NCBI GenBank assembly: GCA_038087875.1
Contig: CM075994.1
Location: forward strand, 10,914,001-10,978,000
DNA: 64,000 bases
Reading direction: 5' to 3'
From: Malacoraja senta
Taxonomy: Eukaryota
Positions within the stretch are counted from its first letter, which is position 1, and every line of letters begins with the position of its first letter. Below are positions 1 to 11,375 of the stretch, piece by piece. The translations under genes and the position numbers were made by a program. The notes under the pieces were generated by a model. That model was not told where the DNA came from. It made no database searches and saw only the letters and a list, made by a program, of their open reading frames with translations.

Positions 1-1336
1 CTCAAACCAAATTTTAGCTCTGTTAAGAGCTGAGGGCCATGTATTAATGGCTTATTTAGATGATATCCTCATTGTAGGGGACACTTTGGCTGCTGCAAAA
101 TTGTCAGTATCCAGAGTCAAATACATTTTGAGAAATTAGGTTTCATTATTCACCTACAAAAATCTAAATTGTTACCAAGCAAAAAGATTGATTACCTAGG
201 GTTCACAATTAACTCCGAACACATGGTAATCACTTTGCCAAAAGATAAAAAGCTGCAGTTAATTGAAGGTTGCATAAAACCCATTAATGAGGACACACCT
301 TCAATTAGAGAAGTGGCAAGTTTGCTAGGCAAAATAATTGCAGGGTTTCCAGTGGTCACGCTTGGACCATTGCATTATCAATGTTTACAGAGAGCTAAGG
401 TACAAGCGTTAAAAATGAATAGAGGGCATTTTGATAGGCCCATGAAATTAACAATTCAATCCATTACAGAAATAGAATGGTGGATTAACAATGTTTCTAA
501 TGCTTCCAGAAAAGTTCTGGTAGAAACACCTTCCGTCACTCTACAGACTGATGTAAGTGTGCTGAGTTGGGGCGCTACTAACATGATTTCCAGCTGTGGA
601 GGTAGGTGGAATGTGAATGAAGTACCTTTGCTGGAAAATCTGGGAATCAATTATCTAGAGCTATTAGGCGCATTTTACGGCCTTAGAGCTTATTGCACTG
701 ATATGGGAAATGTGCATGTTCAGGTACAGGTTGACAATACTACAGCTGTAGCATACATAAATCACATGGGTGGTATAAAATCAGAATCATGTGATAAATT
801 GGCAAATGAAATTTGGACCTGGGGTATTGCCAGAAAAATTTGGCTGTCAGCAATATATTTACCAGGTAAAAATTAATACAATTGCAGACAAAAGATCACG
901 TAAATTTAATGATAATACAGAATGGATGTTAAATCGGAAAATATTCACACAAATTATCACACAATTTGGAATGCCAGAAAGTGATCTGGTTGCATCAAGA
1001 TTAAACCACCAGTTGACTAAGTATGTGTCATGGGAACATGATCCTGGAGCAGTAGTGATGGATGCTTTCTCGCTACATTGCGGTGGTATGTTTCTGTATG
1101 CTTTTCCACCATTTTGTTTAATCCACAAATGCATACAGAAAATTAAACAAGATTCAAGCCTCAGGGATTTTGGTAGTACCAGATTGGCCTACACAGGTAT
1201 GGTACCCACTGGTGTTAAAAATGATCAAAAACCCCCTTATGGTTATTCCAAAGCAGATTGAACTGCTTGTACACCCTGTGACTAATGAATCACATCCTTT
1301 ACATAACCGTATTGGTTTGTTGATTTGCAGATTCTA
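1..1336 (+). pseudogene. DIRS pol remnant: RT C-terminus, RNase H and Dam-like methyltransferase domain, frameshifted
   Basis: ORF 169-876 has IDYLGF, LQTD..LSWGA, INYLELL and VDNTTAVAYINHMGG (RNase H). ORF 791-1261 has DLVASRLN, DAFSLH and LYAFPPF (DIRS MT domain). Confidence 0.88.
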
Positions 1337-1339
1337 ACA

Positions 1340-2317
1340 AGGCATATCTTGGAAACGGATTATCAGACCGTACGGTGGAGGTTATGACAGCAGCCTGGAG
1401 GAATAGTACCCAGAAGCAGTACATTTCCTATATAAAGAAATGGGAGGTGTTCTGTTCAGGAAAGAATATTGCATATAACACAGTAGAAATTTCAGATGTA
1501 ATAGAGTTTCTTTCAACTCTACACTATGAATTGAAATTAAGTTATAGTGCAATTAATACTGCACGAAGTGCACTCTCTGCATATTTAAGCAGTGAATCAG
1601 AACAAACTCCAATTGGAGAACATCCTTGGGTCTGTAGGTTTATGAAAGGAATTTCAACTCTAATCCTCCCAGACCCAGGTATACAGAAAATTGGAATGTA
1701 AAAGATGTACTGATGTTCCTAAGGAGTTGGAATCCAGTTGAAACCCTGTCATTATCCAAAATTACCATGAAATTGGTTATGCTCATGGCATTAGTTTCAG
1801 CGCAGAGAGTTCAAACATTACAGAAACTCAGAATTGATAGAATGAAAGTAGGGAAAAATGCCGTGACATTCTATGTCTATGATTTACTGAAGCAAAGTAG
1901 ACCTGGGTCCACAGGATGCAAGTTGGAATTTTTAGCATTACCTACAGATTCACGACTGTGTGTAGTAACATATGTGAAATGTTACATAGAAACAACAAAA
2001 GTTTTAAGAGGCGCCGAATTGGCATTTGTTATTAGTCATAAAAAGCCTCATAAGAAAGTATCAACACAAACAATTTCACGATGGTTGAAACAGGTGTTGA
2101 GATATTCAGGTATTGATACTGATAAATTTAAATCTCATTCCACGAGGGCGGCATCAACATCAGCGGCCAGGGATTCAGCGTGCCAATAGACCTTATTCAC
2201 GCGGCCGCAGGATGGGCAAGTGAACAGATGTTTCACAAGTATTACCACAAGGAGATTAAAGATCTCAGAGGGTTTGGTGATGCCGTGCTGGATACAGTAT
2301 TAAATCCCCCATTGTAA
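1340..2317 (+). pseudogene. DIRS tyrosine recombinase, frameshifted
   Basis: ORFs 1375-1701 (SYSAINTARSALS) and 1713-2189 (LVSAQRVQTL catalytic Arg region, HSTR = HxxR motif). AAGW...FHKYY follows in another frame. Confidence 0.88.
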
Positions 2318-3094
2318 ATGGGCCTAATTTTAGTTATTTTTATTGAAATAAATAAAACCATTAACTGATTACATTCAAATGTTGTGGTTATGCATTGTTG
2401 ATTGTGCTTACTCAAATAGAGTCAATCGATGCAGTGAACACCTGGATTTGAATCCACGGTGTGAAATCACAGAGCTTTGAAATCTTCACGTAGTCACTCA
2501 CGTGACTCCGAAGTAAAATAGTAAGATTAAACGAGAACTTACCAAGTTTGAAGTTTGATCTTTATTTTATGAGGAGTAACGTTGAGGGATTACGTGCCCT
2601 CCGCTCCCACCCTCATAAAAAGATCAAGCTGGTAGTTCTAAGTCTTTATGCATCTTACTATCATACTTCAGTAATTATCGTCTGTGATTGTCACTCCGCT
2701 GCTTTGAAAGATTGACGCGTGCGGGGCTGGACGGGGCTTCTTCACGTAATCCCTCAACGTTACTCCTCATAAAATAAAGATCAAACTTCAAACTTGGTAA
2801 GTTTTCGTTTAATCTTACTATTCTCCCTCGCCACAAGTCGATGCTTTTTTATGTTCTTAATCATTTTTCGCCCAAACCCAGAATTTTTTAATTTTACAAT
2901 ACTATTGCACCACATGAATCCACAAGGTCAATAAATGGAGACCAACTCGTTAAGAATTGGTCTTGTTTATCTATTAGGAGGAGTCTCATTTCTTCCAAGT
3001 GGGCAGTTTCCAACATATTACCAATCCACATTTTGAGTGTTGGTATAGTAGCATTTTTCCAAAATTTAAGTATGAGTTTTTTTGCTGTTATTAA

Positions 3095-4993
3095 ATAAAC
3101 TGGAACAAAAGTGAAATTATGACGTTAAAACCTCAAGAATCCACACACACATTGAAATTCCCCTTTAAAATAGCAACAGAAAAATTCAAATATCTGGGTA
3201 TACAGATTACTAGAAAACATAAAGCTTTATTCAATGCTAATTTTATACCCTTAATAAATAAACTTAATATAATGATAAAATTTTGGAAAACACTCCCTTT
3301 ATCATTAATAGGCAGAATAAATGCTATTAAAATGAGCTTCCTACCACAGTTATTATACCTATTTCAATCTATACCAGTATATGTACCAAAATATTTTTTT
3401 TCTAAACTGAATGCTAATATTACTAATTTTGTTTGGGATTACAAATTACATAGAATTAAAAAAGAACACTTATGTAAACCAAAAGATGTCGGGGGACTTT
3501 CACTCCCTAATTTTTTGTATTACTATTGGGCAATACATATTAAGAATATAATTTACTGGTTGGATAGTTCAATTCAACAGACAGAATGGAGAAAAATGGA
3601 GAAAGTGGATTGTTATCCTTGTAATATAGGAACAATCCTCTTCTCCCCGAAAAAAATGAACAATACAATATATAAGAAAAACCCAATTATACAAGATACA
3701 ATAAGAATATGGAAACAAATAAAATTATCCTTAAAATTAAGAAACCTATCATTGTTAACACCGATAGCGAATAATCCTTTATTTAAACCATCTATGATGG
3801 ATAAAATATATAATCAATGGGAAAGTTTAGGAATTAAAAGGATCGGGGATATGTATGAAATGGGAGATTTATTATTATTTCAACAATTACAATTAAAATT
3901 TAAACTGAAAAACACTCATTATTTTAAATATTTTCAGATTTGTAATTTTTTGAAGACATACATACAGGGATATCAAAAAATAACTCCTGATTTACTAGAA
4001 GAAGTAATGAATATAAAAGCTGATACACAAAAATTAATATCATATTTATATAATAATATCTTAAATATAGATTTACCTGTGACCGAGGTAATTAGAGAAG
4101 AGTGGGAACGGGAATTATTGATAACAATTACGAAGGCTACATGGGAATAGTATCTGACATACATTCACAAGTGTTCGATTAACGCAAGACATAATCTAAT
4201 CCAATTAAAAATTTTACATAGATTATATTACTCAAAAATAAGATTAAATAAATTTTATCCAAATATATCGCCCATTTGCGATAAATGTTTAACCCAAGAA
4301 GCAACTATAACACACTCTTTTGTTTCTTGTATAAAACTTCATGGATTTTGGAGTGATATTTTCGAAATATTTACAAAACTATTTAAGACAAAAATGGAAC
4401 CCAATAATGAATTGATTATATTTGGGGTAATGGAAGACGGGAACAAATTTAGCTCATCTCAAAAGTCAATTTTTAATTATGGTTTAATAATAGCAAAAAA
4501 ATTAATATTGAAATTTTGGAAAAATACACCAATACCAACGCTCAAAATGTGGATTGCAAGTATGTTGGATACCGCACATCTTGAGGAAATGCGATTCCTC
4601 CTAATAGATAAATTTGACCAATTCATAACGAGTTGGTCTCCATTTGTCGTCTTTTTGGAAACGTATGGTGCAAAACAGGTGTAAAAGCTAATCCGTGACT
4701 GCGGATGGTCAAGATTATAAATGATCTCCTTCTATTTTCTTTTCTTCTCTTCTTTTCTTTTATTCTCTTTCTTCTATTTTCTATGTCTCAACTTTCTTTT
4801 TTCATTCTTTATTTTTCTTTTTCACACACTATATATCTCACATTTTTCTATTTTTCATTAACTTTTTTCTTTTTCTTCTTTATTTCAAATTTTTTTTAAA
4901 ATAAGAAGCTGTACATAAAAGGTATTATGAAAATATGATTGCATACAATTGTACTTACTTCTAATAAAATTTAAATTAAAAAAAAAAAAAAAA
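3095..4993 (+). mobile_element. 5'-truncated L1 (ORF2 C-terminal half, 3'UTR, poly-A) nested antisense in the host L1
   Basis: Starts at INWNKSEIM. ORFs 3119-4150 (premature TAG) and 4394-4684, T-rich 3'UTR, AATAAA near 4963 and an A-tail at ~4978-4993. Confidence 0.9.
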
Positions 4994-7900
4994 TGAAATT
5001 TGGGATATATTTAATTTGTTTCCATCTCCTATTACTCCGAAGATAATCATTTCCTTATTAGTTTCCATTTTTATCTTAAATAAACTAGTAAATATATCAA
5101 ATATATAACACCAAAATCCATGAAGTTTTGTGCAAGAAACGAAAGAATGTGTGATATTGGCATTTTGAGAAAGACATTTATCACAGATGGGAGAAATATT
5201 TGAATAAAATTTATTCAACCTAACTTTTGAATAATATAATCTATGTAATATTTTATATTGAATTAAATTATGTCTAGCGTTAATCGAACATTTATGTATA
5301 TATATCAAATACCTCTCCCATGTTTCCTTAGGAATTTTTGACATTAATTCTTTTTCCCAGTCTTCTCTAATTGCCTCTGTTGATGGCAATTCTCTATTAA
5401 GAATACTATTATATAAATAAGATATTAATTTTTGTGAGTCCGCCTTAATATTCATTGCTTCTTCCAGTGGGTCTATCATTATGCTCTGTAGTCTTGGTAT
5501 ATATTTTTTTATAAAGTCACATATCTGTAAATATTTAATGTATTGGTTATTATTCAGATTAAATTTTGATTTTAATTGTTGAAATGATAATAAATTTCCC
5601 ATTTCATACATGTCACCCACCTTTTTAATTCCCAATCTTTCCCATTGTCTATATGTTTTATCCATAAAAGATGGTTTAAATACCAGATTATTCACTATTG
5701 GTGTTAATGATGATGTTCCTTAATTTTAAAGTTAATTTTATTTGTTTCCAAATTCGAATTATATTATGTATAATTGGATTCTTCTTATATAATGTATTAT
5801 TCAATTTTATCGGGGAGAAGAGGATCACTCCTAAATCGTATGGAAAACAATCCTCTTTCTCCATTCTTATCCATTCCATCTGTTGAGAAGGGCCGTCCAA
5901 CCAATAAATGATATTCTTAATATGCACTGCCCAATAATAATATAAAAAATGAGGCAGTGCAAGTCCCCCTACATCTTTAGGTTTACACAGATGATTTCTT
6001 TTAATTCTATGTGCTTTATAGTCCCAAATAAAATTAGTAATATTAGAGCCGAGTTTTTTAAAGAAATATTTTGGTATATATATTGGTATGGATTGACAAA
6101 AATATATTATTTGTGGTAGAACTATCATTTTTATAGCATTTATTCTGCCAATTAATGATAGTGGGAGCGATTTCCAAAATTTAATCAGAGCGTTCAATTT
6201 ATTTAATAAAGGACTAAAATTAGCGTTAAATAATGATTTATATCTTTTCGTAACTTGAATACCTAAACATTTAAATTTTTCCGTTGCAATTTTAAATGGA
6301 AATTTTAAAAGATGATTCGCTTTCTGGGGCTGTAATGACATAATTTCACTTTTATTCCAATTTATTCTATATCCAGAAAAAGAGCCAAATTCCTCTATTA
6401 CGTTTAGTAAATTCGGGATACTCGTTTCTGAATTTCTAATATATAAAAGTATATCATCAGCATATAATGAAATTTTATTATTAGAGTCCTTAGTATTATA
6501 TCCCTGAATATTCGGATGTGTTCTTATCCTTTCAGCCAAAGGCTCTATCATAAGGGCAAATAGCAGGGGTGATAAAACACATCCCTGCCTATTGCCTCGT
6601 GATAATTGGAATTTTGGAGACAACATATTACAAGTTTATATTCTTGCCATTGGTTTATCATATAATAATTTCACCCATCTAATAAAATTATCTCCCATAT
6701 TAAATTTTTGGAGTACTAAATATAAATACTGCCACCCTACCTGATCAAATGCTTTCTCTGCATCCAAAGATATAACTGATAAGTCTTCCTTTTCCACTTT
6801 ATGTGAATACATTATGTTAAAAAGTCGTCTCAAATTATTAAATGATTGTCTTTTAGGTGTAAACCCCGTTTGGTCCGGGTTTATCAATTTATTAATATAT
6901 TTACTCAATCTTCTTGCTAAAATCTTTGCTAAAATTTTTTGATCTGTATTTAAAAGTGATATAGCTCTATACGAGCCCAGATCTCTAGATCTCTATCTTT
7001 TTTTGGTATAAGCGTAATTGTAGATTCTGCTAAAGTTTCTGGTAATTTCTTTTCGGTAAAAGCATAAGTATATAATTTAAGTAATCGTGGGACCATTAAC
7101 TCCTGAAATCTTTTATAGAATTCATTATTAAAACCATCGGGCCCTGGTGTCTTCCCATTTTTCAGTTCTTTTATTGTTTCTCTTATTTCTTCACTTGTGA
7201 TCTGAGCTCCTAATTCCTCTTGTTCTAAAATATCCAATTTTTGCAAATTACAATTATCTAAAAAATTTATAATTTTATTGTCTTCTATTTTAGTTTTAGA
7301 TGTATATAAATTTTGATAAATTTGAGCGAACCTTTTATTAATATCCTTAGGTAAAGTTAATAGTTCCCCGTTCTCTGATTTGATTTTAATAATTGTTTTT
7401 TCCTTTTCTTGCTTCTTCAATTGTCGTGCTAGAAGTTTATGTGGTTTATCCCCAAATTCAAACTGTACTTGTTTTGTGATCTGAAATAATCTTATTACTC
7501 TTGCCGATAATATTCGATTAAGTTTTAAAGTAAAAGTCAACGGGGAGTGATCAGAAATAATACTATTGTGGTATTTAGGATTAATCGTATATGGTATTAA
7601 TTTTGTATCAACTAAGAAATAATCAATTCTTGAATAAGTTTTGTGTACTGATGAGTAAAACGAGTATTCCCTTCCAGTTGGATTAGCTATTCTCCATACA
7701 TCTGTTATATTAGTGTTTTTTATATATGTGTTTGAGAATTCACTAGACTTGGATTTGACACTACCCTTCCTTAATTTTATTGATTTGTCTAAGTATGAAT
7801 CTATAACACAGTTAAAGTCCCCCCCCTAGTATTACATTTTGAAAATTATACTCATCTATTATATCCATAATTTTCTTTAAAAATTGGGGGTTATCAAAAT

Positions 7901-8294
7901 TTGGGGCATAAATATTTATCAGAGTCAGTGGTGTAGAATAAATTTCTCCCGCCACTATCGTGTATCTTCCTTCTTTATCAGATATAGTGTTCTTTAATAT
8001 AAATGGTATACCTTTCCGAATAATAATAGCCGTTCCTTTAGCTTTAGCAATAAATGACGAGTGATAAGTTTGGCCTATCCAGTTTGCCCTTAGTCTCATC
8101 TGTGTTTGTAGTTTCATATGCGTTTCTTGCAGAAAAGCTATGTCCACATTTAAAGATTTTAACTGGGCCATAATCTTGCCCCTTTTAATTGGATCATTCG
8201 CACCCCTAATATTCCAACTACAGAATGTGAATCCTCCATTCTTTTTTTCCTTATTATCCTGCATTGTAAATAGGTTTTGGTAATTTTGCTTCAT
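4990..8294 (-). pseudogene. L1 ORF2 (APE endonuclease, RT, Cys-rich C-terminus), several frameshifts
   Basis: SWNIRG, FLQETH, NIYAPN (EN); KTPGPDG, DQTGF, SLDAEKAFD, RQGCVLSPLLF, YADD (RT); CDKC...H...C zinc knuckle. Confidence 0.92.
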
Positions 8295-9467
8295 GTGGTG
8301 TGGTTAAGTACCTCAGGCTTTTGAGTATGTGGGTATCATCCCATACTTCTGATGTCATTTTACCTCTCCGTATATTGAACCTCCATAAGAAAAAGAGAAA
8401 AGTGTGTTGAGAAATAGTGAAGAAAGAAAGAAAAGTTGTTAGATAAACCACATAAAAGTAAATACAAAAAAAAAAAGCGAGTTTAAGGTATCAAAAAGGT
8501 GATACCCTAAATACAAGAAGCCATCTAAGATGGCCAAAAATTTATTGACCTCCGTAGATGTAATTATACATTGAGTTCAGCCCCCTAAATACAATGTCAT
8601 TTATAACTACATGCCGTTTCATCTAAATATATCTTAATATATCTAAAAAAATAAAAATAAAAATAAAAATTTCATTAACAAAAATTTATCTGGTCAGGCC
8701 GAATAAAACAGAAAAAAAAGTTTCAACAAAGAAAGTTATCATCATCATCTTTACTATTTCAAATATTCTCTTATTTACCCCGATTTTAAACCTATGTTAC
8801 TTGCTCGGTATCACAGAGTCGTAGAATTGTAAAACATAAAAACACATGCCCTGTGCCTGTATCCGAATATATTCATCTGTTCCTTAATTACCAGCCTGTT
8901 TCAAGGGTTAAATTTCTTATCTTAAATACAACCGACTTCCAGCCCAGACCTCTGGAACTTTTCCAAATCATTAACGCCTCTTTCTTCACACAGATTTATA
9001 ATGTTATAGTATTCTTATACCACTTTTCATTAATTGTAGTGTGTTAGTGTACATCCTAAATTATATTTCATTTCTTTTCCGCCTTATTAACATTATATAT
9101 CTGTTAATAATAAACATCTCTATAGGCCCCTTATCCCCCAAAATCCATTAGATTAATACATTGGTTATTCATATTAATATAATATTAATATAATGGCTTA
9201 ACCATTAATTAGTAATATTAAGTTTAAATAGTTAGTTAATTCTTTACATTACATATATACTATATTAATTAAAACATTTCTTAAGTCCATGATTTCCTTT
9301 GATTTTCTTTCAAATCTGATCGCGTTACTTTAAAATGTCCTTTATCCGTTCAAGGTTGAAACCAGGGCTTGGACATTGAATACACATTCCAGACAGATGA
9401 GCCTGTCAGGTTAATGTCTAGAGCAGTTCCACCATCTTAATTACAGCACAGTTTTCCATTAAAAAGT

Positions 9468-10569
9468 TTAATCATCAACTTTGACTTCTCTTTTTTCTAT
9501 TTTCTTTACAATTTCTTGTGCGTAATTAAATGCCGAATCCGAATCCGTGAAAGCACGTTGAATAGAGTTATAAGTAATCTTCATTTTCGCTGGATACACT
9601 ACTCCATATTTCACATCAGGTTTCCCTTGCAGAATGTTGCTAACTCTTTTAAACTGATTCCTTTTCTCCAGTATTTCGCGTGGATAGTCCCTGTAGAATC
9701 TAACCGTCTCTCCATCAAATGTAAGCCTCTCCCCATGTGGTATCATCTTCATAAGTTTTTCCAGCGTTGAAATGTCCAAAAATTTCACAATAATCTGTCT
9801 TGGGGGAGCATTTGTTTCTCTTCTGAAGCGACCTACCCGATGTGCCACATCAATCCTCGGGTTTTCCTTCAACTTAAAGACATCTTTGAGTATTTTAGTG
9901 ACAAGTTCGGTCATTAGAATTCCAAGCTCTGGTCCCTCCTTTACTCCTACAATCCTCAAGTTCTGTCTCCTTGATCTAGCTTCCAAATCTTGACATTTAT
10001 CAGTCAGTTTATTCAATTGCTCCCGATTAGCCCCCTGTTCTTAAGGTCGATATTTCTTGAGACATCTCACGCATTTCAACCTTCATTACTTCTATCGACT
10101 TATCGACTCCTTCAGTCATTTCATCAATTTTCTTATTATAATCATATTCCATTCTCGCAAATTCCTGAGTTGTCCTCTGATCCAAATCCATAAGCTGCTG
10201 CTTCAAAGAGTCAAACTGTTCATTTGATTCATCACATGCAGTATCTATTTTCTTAGTCAGATTAACCTCCATTTTAGAGAGTTTATTCTCCAGTTTATTA
10301 TTCATGCTAGTAAGCATTTTGGAGAATTCCTTCGTGAGATCTGTGGTAAGATCTTTAGTAAGATTAGCTCTTACCGTTTGTTCCCACTGCTTCATCTCCT
10401 TTTCTATCCCTTTTGTCTCTCCTTTTGTAGCCATTTCAGATACTGCTTGTTGAGGATCAACTTCTTCGTCTGAGCTTTCAGTTGTTGTTTGGAGGGCTGC
10501 CAAATCTTCCTCCAGCAGGATTCTGATAGTCGATTTCTTGGGTCCCCGTTGACGTTTTCCTTTACTCAT
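9468..10569 (-). pseudogene. L1 ORF1 (coiled coil plus RRM/CTD, Transposase_22-like), one frameshift
   Basis: ORF 10027-10569 (basic N-terminus, heptad-rich) and ORF 9468-10016 with DLEARSRRQNLRIVGVKE, AHRV, PRQIIVKF and YPAKMKI motifs. Confidence 0.88.
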
Positions 10570-11209
10570 CTGAAGGTCCCGTCACTCCCACGACAACAAG
10601 TGGGTGTTTTTAAATTGATCCCGACTTTAAAAACGGCTTTTTACACGATTTTAGCAGGAGCTGAGTTCAATGCTGCACCTTCACTACTTCATGGCGCAAC
10701 CGGAAGCAAGTTTGACAAACATGTGCGTTGGGACTCTCTAACATATTGAGTCATTGCTGGTGCTGCCTCTGAGTGAGGGTGTTGACTCAAGCTGAGCTAC
10801 CTGTTGACTCATGGTCTCAATGTAAGACCTGCTGATGTAGCAGGACACTCCCTTTAACCCATGATGTCACGTGACAGTTCTCGTAACCACTGTCGAGGGT
10901 TAGACAGAGCTCGGTCCGCATTAACCAACCTGACCTCCCGGTGGCTCAGCACTTCAACACCCCCTCCCATTCCGTATCCGACCTCTCTGTCCTGGGTCTC
11001 CTCCATGGCCAGAGCGAGCAACACCAGAAATTGGAGGAACAGCACCTCATATTCTGCTTGGGGAGTCTGCATCCTGGGGGCATGAACATTGAATTCTCCC
11101 AATTTTGTTAGCCCCTGCTGTCTCCTCCCCTTCCTATCTCTCCCTCAGCCCTCAGGCTCCTCCTCCTCCTTTTTCCTTTCTTCTCCCCACCCCCCCCCCA
11201 CCCCCTATC

Positions 11210-11243
11210 AGTCTGAAGAAGGGTTTCGGCCCGAAACGTTGCC
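11210..11243 (+). ncRNA. Candidate minimal hammerhead ribozyme in the Penelope pseudo-LTR
   Basis: CTGAAGA-A-GGGT TTCG GCCC-GAAACGTT: CUGANGA and GAAA core boxes flank a stem II, with a palindromic AACGTT stem III. Stem I is weak. Confidence 0.6.
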
Positions 11244-11375
11244 TATTTCCTTCGCTCCATAGATGCTGCTGCACCCGCTGAGTTTCTCCAGCATTTTTGT
11301 GTACCTTTGATTTTCCAGCATCTGCAGTTCCTTCTTAAACACTTTGTCTACTCCACTGCGAAATCTCCTCAAGGT

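Larger units (their letters stand above)
1..2822 (+). mobile_element. DIRS1-type tyrosine-recombinase retrotransposon, copy 1 (5' part outside window)
   Basis: RT/RNase H, methyltransferase-like and YR ORF remnants in DIRS order. ICR at ~2483-2596, right terminus ending ...AATCTTACTATT at 2822. Highly similar to the copy at 25849-30903. Confidence 0.93.
2823..10706 (-). mobile_element. Near full-length L1-clade LINE (5'UTR, ORF1, long spacer, ORF2), interrupted by an antisense L1 at 3095-4993
   Basis: On the minus strand the 5' end begins CTTCCGGTTGCGCCATG at ~10706. ORF1 and ORF2 (EN, RT, C-terminal) pieces are colinear. The last ORF2 segment LITAKKLILKFWKN...WSPF lies at 3093-2894. Confidence 0.9.

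Noticed and set aside
2894..3093. Twin-priming 5' inversion of the + strand L1
   Set aside because: The inverted piece encodes the ORF2 C-terminus, which the + copy already has in diverged form. It continues the minus-strand L1 instead.
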